Shown one piece after another: positions 28,891 to 38,803 of a stretch of DNA of 64,000 nt (position 1 is its first letter; the number at the start of each line of letters is the position of its first letter). A program made the position numbers and the translations under genes. The stretch is from a virus. Below the pieces are notes generated by a model. That model did not search any database. It was not told the DNA's origin and worked only from the letters and a program-made list of their open reading frames with translations. The stretch covers positions 1 to 64,000 of IMG/VR virus record IMGVR_UViG_3300005323_000046; one strand, given 5' to 3'.

Positions 28891-29471
28891 TTAATTTTGG
28901 AGGTTCTCAACTATCTTGTTCGGACTCTTCTCACTCCTCCTTGGTTTTATTTTTTAGAGGATGTCCTTATAATTGTTTTTTTTGTCAGAACAAAGAACTT
29001 CAATCTGGGGAGAATTTTGTAGACTCAAGAGAAATAACGAAACAAATATTAGATAATTATTTGATTTCTGAGGTAATTTTCTCTGGAGGAGAAGCCATGC
29101 TCCAGCCGAAAGCTGTGGAAGAAATTGCTAAGTTCTGTCACTTGATTGGGTTAAAAGTGGGATTGGAGACATCAGGATATAACTCCAAAAAATTAGATCT
29201 ACTAATGAGAGAGGACTTGATTGATGAAGTTTTTTTAGATATAAAAACTTATGGAGAAGAAAACTATCTTAAGCTTACAGGGAATAGAGATTCTTGGAAA
29301 AATGTGAAAAATGTTATCCGATTGTGTGCTTGGTATGACATCCCCATACTAGTTCGGACAACTATATTCCCCGATTACCCAGATAAAGAGAGTCTAGAAA
29401 AGATAGAAACCCTAGTAAAGAGAGATGGCCTAAATTGGAAGAAACAGGAGGGAAGGGATAATGGTAGTTAG
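28866..29471 (+). CDS. second NrdG-like radical SAM activase
   Basis: FFRGCPYNCFFCQNKEL and GGEAML; lies downstream of nrdD and the homing endonuclease. Confidence 0.6.
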   Translation: MEKRTIMLVNFGGSQLSCSDSSHSSLVLFFRGCPYNCFFCQNKELQSGENFVDSREITKQILDNYLISEVIFSGGEAMLQPKAVEEIAKFCHLIGLKVGLETSGYNSKKLDLLMREDLIDEVFLDIKTYGEENYLKLTGNRDSWKNVKNVIRLCAWYDIPILVRTTIFPDYPDKESLEKIETLVKRDGLNWKKQEGRDNGS

Positions 29472-29802
29472 TTCTTATTCCCAAAAACTTTATCTTCGCA
29501 TTCAAGAGAAAAACAAAAAAGGCGTAGTAACTGCTGATTCTTTGTTTGAGAATAAAACTTGGAAAGCAACAGAAAAGATTGCAATCGCACTTAAAGAACT
29601 TCAGGCGGAACATTTAATTAGTATTAAATCCGTATTAGATCACGGAAAGTTTGCGTCTGAATTAGTCACAGCAGAAAATTATGTGGAACATAGCGGGATA
29701 AAAGGAACACTGAGAAAAGAAGAGGACTTCGAGGGAGATTCTGAGGCGCCAAAGATCCCTCGTAAATATAAAAAGAGAACCGTGAGAAGAAGTGTAGTAT
29801 AG
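29461..29802 (+). CDS. hypothetical basic protein
   Basis: 113-aa ORF. Confidence 0.35.
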   Translation: MVVSSYSQKLYLRIQEKNKKGVVTADSLFENKTWKATEKIAIALKELQAEHLISIKSVLDHGKFASELVTAENYVEHSGIKGTLRKEEDFEGDSEAPKIPRKYKKRTVRRSVV

Positions 29803-29936
29803 AAAAAAAAATGTGATCTAATGACCGACTGGAAATGGTGTCAAAATTGTTATTTTCATGGGGACTTCGAGATGATCGAGGGCCACGAAATGGTTTATTG
29901 CAGTGACAAGAAGAAATATGTTTATAGGAGAAGCGA

Positions 29937-30659
29937 ATGCGAAAATTATCACCAAGAAAAATACAGTTACTCGCGTGGTCGGCTTTAAGGGGAGATAAAA
30001 TGGGAGAAGTATCTTGGATAGGATTTGAGGGGCAATCATATATCTTAGTTGAACTAAAATCTATTTTTGACCAGTTTTCAAAAAAGTTCCCTAGGGCTGC
30101 AAGTCATTTAAAAACTGTAACATCAGAGAAACATAACGGGAGAAACACTGGTTATATTAATGATGATGGAACACAGATTAGTCTAGTAACTTTTATAGAG
30201 AAGAAGGGGGATACTGGAACTTACCAATCTCGTCGAACTTTTGTCCATGAGTTGGGGCATTTACTTCATATGTATTTTGAAAATTCAAATTTTAGTAACA
30301 TTATATATAAATTCACTAGAAAACATAGACCAAAAAATAGATCTGAGTTCTCTAATAGTTATGCATTAACAAATAGATTTGAAGCATTTGCTTGTGGTTT
30401 TACTGAGTGGTGGTTTGAGAGTGAAGAAAAATGGTCTAAGTGGACAAAGAAAATAGATAAAATTATTGGTATATTAAATAGCAAAATTAATATCAAGTTA
30501 AATAAGATATGGTCTTGGGTTGAGGATAGATATTTTGATTATACGGGAATTACTAGTTATATTGATTATAATAATTTTACTGGAACGTTTGCAACAACAG
30601 CGAGTGATACTTATATTGTAATACCAATGTCATATGCTAGTACGAGTAGTTTTATATGA
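29937..30659 (+). CDS. HExxH protein, possible zinc metallopeptidase
   Basis: FVHELGHLLHM; the true start may be the ATG near 30000. Confidence 0.35.
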   Translation: MRKLSPRKIQLLAWSALRGDKMGEVSWIGFEGQSYILVELKSIFDQFSKKFPRAASHLKTVTSEKHNGRNTGYINDDGTQISLVTFIEKKGDTGTYQSRRTFVHELGHLLHMYFENSNFSNIIYKFTRKHRPKNRSEFSNSYALTNRFEAFACGFTEWWFESEEKWSKWTKKIDKIIGILNSKINIKLNKIWSWVEDRYFDYTGITSYIDYNNFTGTFATTASDTYIVIPMSYASTSSFI

Positions 30660-30682
30660 AATCATAGAGGAGTTGTTGAACA

Positions 30683-31123
30683 ATGGCTGGTATGGAATTT
30701 AAATGGGACCTTCCAAGGGATGTCCCCGCAGTAATTGAAAGTGAACATGGGAATTATAAGCCTTTTGTAGAGAACTACAGAGTTCTTATAGGAGCGGAAG
30801 GAGTACTTCCAAAGAATTATCTTCCCGAAGAGTATCTTCAGGGCTATCCCCGAGTTTATAAATCTGGAGAAGTAATTCTTTTTATGGATAAGCAAACTTA
30901 TAATTGTGACTTATTTGAGGAGTCTAATTTTATTACTTATAAAATTAAAGTATGTAAATCTGAGATTCCAGCTTTCGAAGAAGCAATATCTATTTCTGAT
31001 ATGGAACGAATGATGAACATTGCACATCGCGCCGGGAAAAAACTTTCGGAAATTAATAGAAGTTTCCGAGAAAAGGAAGCAATGTTTAAGAGAGAATCTG
31101 AGATTACAACATATAGGATTTGA
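30683..31123 (+). CDS. hypothetical protein
   Basis: 146-aa ORF. Confidence 0.4.
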   Translation: MAGMEFKWDLPRDVPAVIESEHGNYKPFVENYRVLIGAEGVLPKNYLPEEYLQGYPRVYKSGEVILFMDKQTYNCDLFEESNFITYKIKVCKSEIPAFEEAISISDMERMMNIAHRAGKKLSEINRSFREKEAMFKRESEITTYRI

Positions 31124-31289
31124 TTCATGAGACTCTGTTCTAAACTGGATTGCGATGAAAGACAGGGAAAGGGATTTAAATGTTCCATCTCTGTTTTTGA
31201 TTGTCCCGGAGAGCGCACGGAAGAAATGCTTAAATCCGCGGGCGTTGGAGCGAAAGATATAGAAAGGATGAGAGAAGAGGGGTTATTGA

Positions 31290-31610
31290 ATGTTCTTTGA
31301 TGTAACTTGTCCTCAATGCGGAGTGAAACATCGCATTAAGGATTATGATTATTACGAAGATGAAGAATCCGATAACTATAGGCCTGACCCTAACATTTGC
31401 TGGCCATGTTATTTACAGATGGAAGATAAGAGAGTGATAGATATGGTGTCTAATTTCCTGGATTTTTTAAGTGAGGAACAAAGAGATATGGCGGCGGATT
31501 TGTTTGAGAAGCTGTGCGAATCTTCAGAAAAAGAAAGGTCACTCTTTGGAAAAATAATTAGAAAACATTTTTACGGAAAAGAAGGCATTAAAACTTGGGG
31601 ATTATGGTAA
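31290..31610 (+). CDS. hypothetical protein with an N-terminal zinc ribbon
   Basis: CPQCG..CWPC. Confidence 0.4.
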   Translation: MFFDVTCPQCGVKHRIKDYDYYEDEESDNYRPDPNICWPCYLQMEDKRVIDMVSNFLDFLSEEQRDMAADLFEKLCESSEKERSLFGKIIRKHFYGKEGIKTWGLW

Positions 31611-31885
31611 TGTCTCTTTCATCAGAAGTTAAAGGTCTAGAAGATATTTGTACTGCATATGGTAAGCTATTTTCTATTATCAGAAAGGAATTAGAAAGTA
31701 GGGATTTTGAGGGGTTTGATGAGAAAGTTTTTCTACCAAAGATAAAAGCATTTCAAGCTCTTAAAATTAATAAAGCTTTTTCTTATTGCCCGTTCCCATT
31801 TGATTGTAATCGTTACGAATATTGTACCGAGAAAAATTGCAATGCAGATATATGCGACAATGGATACGTAAGAAAGGGGTATTAG
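31595..31885 (+). CDS. hypothetical Cys-rich protein
   Basis: 96-aa ORF. Confidence 0.35.
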   Translation: MGIMVMSLSSEVKGLEDICTAYGKLFSIIRKELESRDFEGFDEKVFLPKIKAFQALKINKAFSYCPFPFDCNRYEYCTEKNCNADICDNGYVRKGY

Positions 31886-32044
31886 ATGGAAATTTCGGAT
31901 GAGGAATTAGAAGCAATAAAAATGAGAAGTTATAATCTTGGTATGATTAGCGCTACATTAGATGAGATTTTGATTCTTATTAGGGCGTTGAACGGTTCTT
32001 TTGATGAATCATTTAAAAAAATCCGATAAAAATAGGGGATACTC

Positions 32045-32296
32045 ATGTGGAAGAAGTTGATCCATGAAATTAAAACTAAACCTTGGTATGCTCTAGCAAT
32101 GGTTTTAAGTATGAGCGGAGCTTACCTTGCTTCTGATCCTACCGCATTTTTAAGGTGTTTGGGATTTACAGTGTGGTTAATATCAAATTTTATAATTGCT
32201 ATTGGATTTTATTGTAACAAAAATTGGTTTATGGTTGCGACATATGTATTTTTTGAGATAATGAATATTAGAGGGGTGTGGAACAACTGGATATAG
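32045..32296 (+). CDS. small membrane protein
   Basis: 2-3 predicted transmembrane segments. Confidence 0.4.
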   Translation: MWKKLIHEIKTKPWYALAMVLSMSGAYLASDPTAFLRCLGFTVWLISNFIIAIGFYCNKNWFMVATYVFFEIMNIRGVWNNWI

Positions 32297-32520
32297 GAAT
32301 AACTAAAGATGCCGTTATAGCGATCATCTCCTTGTCTCTTATGATCGGATCTAATTTTGTTCCAAATAGTGGGGTGAAATTAGATGACATGTTTTCGGGC
32401 AAATATGTATATGGCTCTCCCGAATTTCATTACGCATCTAGAAACTGGTGGATTTCATATTTAATGGCGATTCTTGGAGTAGTGATTTTCGTAGGAGGTA
32501 TTTTATACTATGGGGAATGA
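32278..32520 (+). CDS. small membrane protein
   Basis: 2 predicted transmembrane segments. Confidence 0.35.
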   Translation: MEQLDIGITKDAVIAIISLSLMIGSNFVPNSGVKLDDMFSGKYVYGSPEFHYASRNWWISYLMAILGVVIFVGGILYYGE

Positions 32521-32914
32521 ATGGTACATCTGTCCATTTTGTGGAGAAATAACAACGAAAGAGGGAATACTAGAGGACATTGAAATAGGAGGAATGGGTC
32601 TCTGTGGTTGCGAGTACATCAAAATGATTTGGAATTCTGAATTTAAAGACTTCGACCTGATTATTATAAGTGCTATCCGATATGGGTAGAAATTTCAGAA
32701 TTGATAGCGAATAAATTACAAAATGTTTCTAATCATGTAACGAGACTGGAAATGTTCAGAACTATTCCCGAGAAGGATCTTTTATGTTCGTAGGTATGGC
32801 AAACGACAGTCCGTTTTGTACTGCGGATACGTATGAGAATGCCTATAGAGGGGCGTTCGATATTGCATATAAATTAGGATGGTTGGGACCCACAATTAAG
32901 GTCGCAGCGAGAAT

Positions 32915-33136
32915 ATGGGTAGAAGAGGTGCCGTATATTTCGCGGGAGTTGCTCGATTGAAGAGGTTCCGTATATCGGAGATGATAAAAATGATCGGAAT
33001 AACGTTTGATGACGAAGATGCAAGATTTTTAAGAGAATTACTGCATTGGTATTCCGTGAGCACATTTGGACCTAATTCTGAGATTGCGTATGATTTATAT
33101 GCTGAAATAGATCAAGCTATCAAACGGGATGAGTAG
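32915..33136 (+). CDS. hypothetical protein
   Basis: 73-aa ORF. Confidence 0.3.
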   Translation: MGRRGAVYFAGVARLKRFRISEMIKMIGITFDDEDARFLRELLHWYSVSTFGPNSEIAYDLYAEIDQAIKRDE

Positions 33137-33242
33137 GGGATTTAAAAAATGTTATCTGAAATAGAAAGGTTAAGGGCGGCGTTTACAGAGGAAATTTTAA
33201 AGAGTCTAGGGGGCCAATTAACTATAATAGAGGCGGATCTCA

Positions 33243-33506
33243 ATGAATAAAGGAAGAATATATGCTCTAATTTTCGAACTCATGGAGAAACCAGATAATC
33301 CAAAAGGGAAGAAACACAAAGAGGAGTTAAAGGGAGCCCTTCAAGATGAGTTAGAACAACCTGAAAATAAAGGAAGAACCTATCCAATGGTCCTTAATGA
33401 GTTTGCCTACAGAGAGTTTTTAAGTCCCGGAGCGAGAAAAGCAGGATATGGACTGGAGCATGTAGTAGATTTTCTAAATTGGCTAGAAAAGGAGATGGAG
33501 ATGTGA
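33243..33506 (+). CDS. hypothetical protein
   Basis: 87-aa ORF. Confidence 0.35.
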   Translation: MNKGRIYALIFELMEKPDNPKGKKHKEELKGALQDELEQPENKGRTYPMVLNEFAYREFLSPGARKAGYGLEHVVDFLNWLEKEMEM

Positions 33507-33661
33507 TAGTGGCTTTTAGGGCGAAGCCCGTTGAGGAAATTTGCGGAGACTGCGAATTATGGGTGGACAAGTTTGATTTCGATCATTATGGAGATTGTAA
33601 AATTCATAGGTATTTAACTCACTATAGTCATAGATGTGATGCAAAGGAGTCAAAGAGATGA
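33479..33661 (+). CDS. small Cys/His protein
   Basis: 60-aa ORF overlapping its neighbours. Confidence 0.3.
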   Translation: MARKGDGDVIVAFRAKPVEEICGDCELWVDKFDFDHYGDCKIHRYLTHYSHRCDAKESKR

Positions 33662-34173
33662 AATATTTTTTAGATACCGAATTTATAGAAGCTGGTCCTG
33701 ATTATCCAATTCAGCTTTTAAGTATTGGAATCGTTGCAGAAGATGGGAGAGAATATTATGCCGTAGTTGACCCTATCGAACTCGAATTGTATCTTGCGGA
33801 TGATTGGGTTCGTGAAAATGTAATAAAATATCTAGATTTTAGCATGGGGAAGAGAAGAAAAACTATTGCTAAAGAGATTATAGAATTTGCTGGAGAACAA
33901 CCTAGCTGGATCGGGTATTACAACGATTATGATTGGGTTGTCCTATGCCAGCTTTTCGGACGCATGACAGATCTTCCAAAAGGGTGGCCCATGTATTGTT
34001 TAGATCTAAAACAAATGGCTACAGAATGTGTAGATCCAAGAATGCCTGATTTGCCAGACAAAATTGAACATCACGCTCTCTGGGATGCTCGCGAAATTAA
34101 ATATAGATATGATTGGTTGATGAAACGATATACTATTTCTTATATCCAAGAAAATGGGAGAGAGGGTTCCTGA
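33658..34173 (+). CDS. DEDDh 3'-5' exonuclease (DnaQ/oligoribonuclease-like)
   Basis: Exo I FLDTEF, Exo II YNDYDWVVL, Exo III HHALWDAREI. Confidence 0.65.
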   Translation: MKYFLDTEFIEAGPDYPIQLLSIGIVAEDGREYYAVVDPIELELYLADDWVRENVIKYLDFSMGKRRKTIAKEIIEFAGEQPSWIGYYNDYDWVVLCQLFGRMTDLPKGWPMYCLDLKQMATECVDPRMPDLPDKIEHHALWDAREIKYRYDWLMKRYTISYIQENGREGS

Positions 34174-34298
34174 TGTGTTTAATTAATTTTCCAGCTAAAT
34201 GCCCCAAATGTGGGCATAGTAATATTAAATTGGGGATCGAAGTAGATTATTCACGAGCGACATGGATTTGTAAAAAATGTCATCATGAGTTTGACTGA
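34113..34298 (+). CDS. small zinc-ribbon protein in an overlapping frame
   Basis: CPKCGH..CKKCHH; overlaps the 3' end of the exonuclease and the 5' end of the helicase. Confidence 0.3.
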   Translation: MVDETIYYFLYPRKWERGFLMCLINFPAKCPKCGHSNIKLGIEVDYSRATWICKKCHHEFD

Positions 34299-36024
34299 GG
34301 AGAAAATCTTGATCGAAATGAAATTTGGTGTGCCACAGGGGTTTCGAGAGAGAGTACTAGCTGTCCTTACAGACAGTTCTACAACTCTTAGAAATAAATT
34401 ATCCGTTCTTGGATTCAATTATAATTCGATGGGCCGTTTTTGGGCTCGTGGAGGCGATTTTCAACCTCATGTGGTTAAGACCCTTCAATCTCTTGGGATA
34501 CAACCTTCAAAGGCTGTATTAGATGAATACAACTCTAAAACAGGGTTTAGACCTATAAGAATTTTTGAGGACAATTTTAAATATGAAATGTTGCTTGATT
34601 ATCAGAAAGAGGCTTTGGAATTCTGTAAGAAATCTGGTTCAGGAATAGTGGCGCTTGATATCGGTTTAGGAAAAACGATATGCGCCGTCGCATATGCTGA
34701 GTTTCTAGGACAAAAAAATTTGGTTGTCTGTCCCGCTTCACTTAGAGGTCAGTGGTCTAGCGAGTTAATCAAATTTAATAATAAAGAGCCGAAGAGCATA
34801 ATAATAGATGGTTCTAGGGAGAAACGTAAAAAACAGTGGGATTTAGCGCAGAATTGTCAATATTGCATGGTATCATATGATCTTTTAAGGCAACCAGATG
34901 ATCTTTTAAGGGCAAAATCATATTTAAATGGCGGGCTTCTCATTTGTGACGAAATAATGAGGACGAAAAATTCCAGCTCTCAGCGGACTAAAGCAATAAA
35001 AGAGTTGAGAAAGTCGGCTTCATATGCAATCGGTCTCAGTGGAACGCCCGTCGAAAATTCATTAAGTGAGTTTTATACTATTCTAAATATAGTAAGTCCA
35101 AATTTTATCCCTTCCTATGAGAAATTTGCGGAATTATTCCTGATCCGAGAGCTAAAACAGGGGCATAACGGGAAATCGTACTGGCTTTTTAGAGGAGAGA
35201 AAAATGTAGACGAGTTTCGCGACCTAATAAAGCCTCTCGTCATCCGCAGAGAGAAAAGAGAATGTTTGAATTTACCCCCAGCGTCCACAGTTGTAAGAAC
35301 AGTAGAAATGTCCAAGGAACAAAAAAGAATAGAGAAAAAACTCTTGGAACTCGCGAAGGACGATCCGGACAATATTTTGAAATATTTTACCTATGCGAGA
35401 GAAAACATAATAAGTCCCAGTTTGCTCCCTTTTTCCCGCGACTCTAATAAAAAACAAACAGGCTTAGATCTCTGGGCTAAGATATTAGGATCTGAGTTCG
35501 GGGATGAGGGGTTGGAATTTGTGCCTTCTCAGGCACAAGAATTGATAGAGGGGAAAATCAAACCAGAAGAGGTAGAGCTAACGCCGAGACTTCTCGAAAT
35601 AAAGGATTTAATTGAGGAAACTAAAGGTGAAAAAATTATAATTTATTCAACATTTGTAAAAGCACTAGAATTGGTAAAAAGGTGTATAATAAACGAGCCC
35701 TGCGCGATGATAGCGGGGGATTGCGATGTGGAAAAGGAAAAGGATAAATTTTTTGGAAGTACAAGAATTCTGTTGGGGAGTCCAAAAATAGAAGAAGGGC
35801 TAAATCTGCAAGATTCGTGTCACATACTTATAATTTTAAACACAAATTTTAATCCGATGAAGGTAGAGCAGCTTCGCGGACGCATAGAAAGATCTGGACA
35901 AAAACACCCAATGATTTTTTACGAACTAAAATGTTCAAGCGTAATCGAGTCAAGAATAGACCAAATTTTAAAAAAGAAAGAGAAATTATCCGAAAGGGTT
36001 CTAGCGAGGGAAGTAATGAAATAG
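34285..36024 (+). CDS. SNF2-family helicase/ATPase
   Basis: Motif I LDIGLGKT, motif II CDEIMR, motif III LSGTPVEN, motif VI QLRGRIERSGQ. Confidence 0.85.
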   Translation: MSLTEEKILIEMKFGVPQGFRERVLAVLTDSSTTLRNKLSVLGFNYNSMGRFWARGGDFQPHVVKTLQSLGIQPSKAVLDEYNSKTGFRPIRIFEDNFKYEMLLDYQKEALEFCKKSGSGIVALDIGLGKTICAVAYAEFLGQKNLVVCPASLRGQWSSELIKFNNKEPKSIIIDGSREKRKKQWDLAQNCQYCMVSYDLLRQPDDLLRAKSYLNGGLLICDEIMRTKNSSSQRTKAIKELRKSASYAIGLSGTPVENSLSEFYTILNIVSPNFIPSYEKFAELFLIRELKQGHNGKSYWLFRGEKNVDEFRDLIKPLVIRREKRECLNLPPASTVVRTVEMSKEQKRIEKKLLELAKDDPDNILKYFTYARENIISPSLLPFSRDSNKKQTGLDLWAKILGSEFGDEGLEFVPSQAQELIEGKIKPEEVELTPRLLEIKDLIEETKGEKIIIYSTFVKALELVKRCIINEPCAMIAGDCDVEKEKDKFFGSTRILLGSPKIEEGLNLQDSCHILIILNTNFNPMKVEQLRGRIERSGQKHPMIFYELKCSSVIESRIDQILKKKEKLSERVLAREVMK

Positions 36025-36032
36025 AAAGATTT

Positions 36033-36047
36033 ATATAGTATTAAGGT
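36033..36047 (+). promoter_or_regulatory. promoter-like motif TATATAGTATTAAGG
   Basis: Recurrent motif 37 nt upstream of the 36085 ATG. Confidence 0.45.
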
Positions 36048-36084
36048 CCATCTCAACATAAACTTTTATATTGGTGAATAAAAT

Positions 36085-37152
36085 ATGGAATCTAAAGTTA
36101 GAAGGCAAGATGGAATATCAACCTATCGAAAACAAGGCGATGGACTGTTTATTGGGGATGAATTGCTCTGTACGGTTAATGAATTATATGACGACTATTG
36201 TAATAATAATTTACTTCAAAAAGAAATCGCCGAGAAATACGATATTAGTGAATTTGGGTTACGAAAATTGTTAAAGTTTGCGGGTATTTCAAGGAGGAGC
36301 AAATCCGAGGTAGTATCTAAACAATGGAAGGTTAAGCAAAGCGGTATTGACCCCGACGGGATTTATCATAAAGGCAAAATGCTTTGTACAAAACAAGAGT
36401 TATATGATTTATATTGGAAAGACGAAATGCGAGTAGAGGACTTAGGAGAAAAATTTGGTATTTCGAGACACATGATAAGTCATATTTTAAAAAGATATAA
36501 TATCCCTATAAGAACGGCTGGGGAAATTAGGAAGTTAACGCATAAGAAAATAAAAAAGCTTTTAAATCCAAATTATTTATATAAACTAAATAAATATCCC
36601 ATTTGTTCTAAAGAAGATTTTCAGAGGTTATATTATGATGAAAAAGAAACTCTTGAAAATCTTGCTCATAAATTTAATACTACTACAATTACATTAAAAA
36701 GGCAAGCAAAAAGTGCGGGTTTCGTTCTTAGAACTGCTAGGGAGCAGATGATTTTGACTTTTGAAAATCGAGATTATACCGGAGAAAAACATCCTTGTTG
36801 GAAAGGAGGGATAAGAGAGTGTGAAGGGTATGTCTACATTTGGCATCCAACACACCATTTAGCAGATAGACATGGTTACGTTAGAGAACACGCTTTGGTT
36901 ATGGAAAAGAAGTTGGGGAGGAGCGTAGAAAAGGGCGAAGTTATTCATCATATAAATTTCATTAAAAACGATAATTCTATGAAAAATTTATATGTATATC
37001 CAAATAACGGAAGTCACAGAACAGTTCATATGAATCTTAGTGGAATAATGCACGATCTTTTTGACGAAAAAATCATTCTTTTTGAGGACGGGAAGTATAT
37101 AGTAAACAAGAATCTAATATCAAAATTGTCAGACGAGAATAAGGAGGCATAG
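36085..37152 (+). CDS. HNH homing endonuclease with N-terminal DNA-binding repeats
   Basis: C-terminal HNH-like motif GYVREHALVMEKKLGRSVEKGEVIHHINFIKNDN; repeated helix-turn-helix-like segments at the N-terminus. Confidence 0.6.
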   Translation: MESKVRRQDGISTYRKQGDGLFIGDELLCTVNELYDDYCNNNLLQKEIAEKYDISEFGLRKLLKFAGISRRSKSEVVSKQWKVKQSGIDPDGIYHKGKMLCTKQELYDLYWKDEMRVEDLGEKFGISRHMISHILKRYNIPIRTAGEIRKLTHKKIKKLLNPNYLYKLNKYPICSKEDFQRLYYDEKETLENLAHKFNTTTITLKRQAKSAGFVLRTAREQMILTFENRDYTGEKHPCWKGGIRECEGYVYIWHPTHHLADRHGYVREHALVMEKKLGRSVEKGEVIHHINFIKNDNSMKNLYVYPNNGSHRTVHMNLSGIMHDLFDEKIILFEDGKYIVNKNLISKLSDENKEA

Positions 37153-37153
37153 A

Positions 37154-37372
37154 ATGATCATCACCCAAGATCGAATCATGTTTAACGGGAAATATCATGT
37201 TGCTGGAGCAAAACTTACTTATCTTTGGGACATCACAGGAGAATCTCCAAGAGAAATATTTGATTATGAAACCAATAAGAAATCTATTGTATTCGATCGT
37301 GACATTAGACTCGCAACAAAAGAAGAGAAATTCGAAAACGAAGAGTATAAATTTGGAAGGAATAAAATATGA
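37154..37372 (+). CDS. hypothetical protein
   Basis: 72-aa ORF. Confidence 0.35.
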   Translation: MIITQDRIMFNGKYHVAGAKLTYLWDITGESPREIFDYETNKKSIVFDRDIRLATKEEKFENEEYKFGRNKI

Positions 37373-37611
37373 ATGAATTTATTCAATTTTGGACTTATAG
37401 TAATGCCCCGCAGGGATTAAAAGAACTAATTTCAGAAGGAGATTATATTTCATATATTCCTCGGGATTATATAAAGGATATGAGGTTGGATCTTCATGAT
37501 TATGTGAATATTTTGATTAAATCAGATTTGAAGAGGTATAATGGAGTTCTAGTTATCACTAGAACCGAACCAAAATTTCAACTACACGATGTGGTGTTTA
37601 ATGACCCTTAG
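37369..37611 (+). CDS. hypothetical protein
   Basis: 80-aa ORF. Confidence 0.35.
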   Translation: MNEFIQFWTYSNAPQGLKELISEGDYISYIPRDYIKDMRLDLHDYVNILIKSDLKRYNGVLVITRTEPKFQLHDVVFNDP

Positions 37612-37801
37612 ATGCTATTTTATTAGACCTGATCCAGATGAATGTGAAGGATATTCTATAGTCGCTAAAACCGCGAGAGAAGCAAAGAAATTAGTTTGGA
37701 AGTCGGGTTTAGATCTCTATGACTGGATCGATATAAGAGTTTTATGGCAGAGAGGCGTAGATGTTTCAGGGCTAAGGAAGGTCATATTATGGAACCTTTA
37801 G
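37589..37801 (+). CDS. hypothetical protein
   Basis: 70-aa ORF. Confidence 0.35.
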   Translation: MWCLMTLRCYFIRPDPDECEGYSIVAKTAREAKKLVWKSGLDLYDWIDIRVLWQRGVDVSGLRKVILWNL

Positions 37802-37917
37802 AGGGTTTAAAACTTGGCTGTTATTCATGGGTTGAGGAAGAGTGCCCTATATGTGGAAAGACAGCCATGTTAACTCTCGATGGAGACGTTATTAGTTGTT
37901 ATGACTGCCTTCCGTAA
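37789..37917 (+). CDS. zinc-ribbon mini-protein (42 aa; not in the ORF track)
   Basis: CPICGK..CYDC; AAGGAAG 8 nt upstream of the ATG. Confidence 0.35.
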   Translation: MEPLEGLKLGCYSWVEEECPICGKTAMLTLDGDVISCYDCLP

Positions 37918-37950
37918 ACTATTAATACTTACCACGTCTAAGGAAGACTT

Positions 37951-38097
37951 ATGTTAGATATTTGGAATTATACCGAGAATTTATCTAAATTTACGTGTCC
38001 CGTATGTGGACATGTAATGAATAGAGAGACAGGAGAATTATTTTCTGTATTTCTTGCTAGGTGTCGAGGTCACATAAAACAATTTTGTAGTAATTGA
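37951..38097 (+). CDS. zinc-ribbon mini-protein (48 aa; not in the ORF track)
   Basis: CPVCGH..CRGH..C; AGGAAG 5 nt upstream of the ATG. Confidence 0.35.
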   Translation: MLDIWNYTENLSKFTCPVCGHVMNRETGELFSVFLARCRGHIKQFCSN

Positions 38098-38105
38098 GGA
38101 GGGTT

Positions 38106-38297
38106 ATGTTCCCAAAATTAGGAATTAAACCTGATGGTTCAAAATATAATGTCACGGGTTCTATAGGAGACTTTGCTTTTGAAATTACTGGAAATCCTGG
38201 ATTAAAATTTAGAGTTATAGATAATGTAATTACAGATTTTATTTGGGTTTATCCCGCTATTATGGGGTCAAAAGAAGTAAAAATTTGGATTAGGTGA
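38106..38297 (+). CDS. hypothetical protein (start moved to the ATG at 38106)
   Basis: GAGGAGGG immediately upstream of the ATG; the track's TTG start at 38094 would overlap this RBS. Confidence 0.4.
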   Translation: MFPKLGIKPDGSKYNVTGSIGDFAFEITGNPGLKFRVIDNVITDFIWVYPAIMGSKEVKIWIR

Positions 38298-38301
38298 TCA
38301 C

Positions 38302-38514
38302 ATGGATAAAAAGAAATTAGATACAGCGGTCAATGAAGCTAAAAAGTTCTTGGATCGAGTAAAAGAGCTTCAAACCGAACAGAAAAAGACGATGACTTAT
38401 GAGGTTTTTGGAGAGCAACACACTTATATCCCATCCTGTCCCAAAGAATCGGGAGCGGTTCGTCGGGCTTCTATGGATCTTACTCGTGCATTAGCAGATT
38501 TAAGGAAGTATTGA
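38302..38514 (+). CDS. hypothetical protein
   Basis: 70-aa ORF. Confidence 0.35.
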   Translation: MDKKKLDTAVNEAKKFLDRVKELQTEQKKTMTYEVFGEQHTYIPSCPKESGAVRRASMDLTRALADLRKY

Positions 38515-38515
38515 T

Positions 38516-38803
38516 ATGTCATTATCTTGGTTAGGAAAATTAATGCCATATTTTATTGCTGTAAAGTCAATAAAAAGATATAACTCTGAAAATACGGCTA
38601 CACTACAATTCAAATGGCAAGGAAAAGTACAGGAGGAAATAAACGGCAAAGTGAGACTTTTTGATAACGGAGAATATTTGTTTGTATCAGATGTATCAGA
38701 ACTTCTTCAAGAGAAGATGAAGATGAAGAGTAAATTGAGAGTAATTGAAGATCGACTCGAAAAATACGAAAAGCCCGTAAAAAAGCTTGGATGGAACGAT
38801 TAA
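38516..38803 (+). CDS. hypothetical protein
   Basis: 95-aa ORF. Confidence 0.35.
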   Translation: MSLSWLGKLMPYFIAVKSIKRYNSENTATLQFKWQGKVQEEINGKVRLFDNGEYLFVSDVSELLQEKMKMKSKLRVIEDRLEKYEKPVKKLGWND

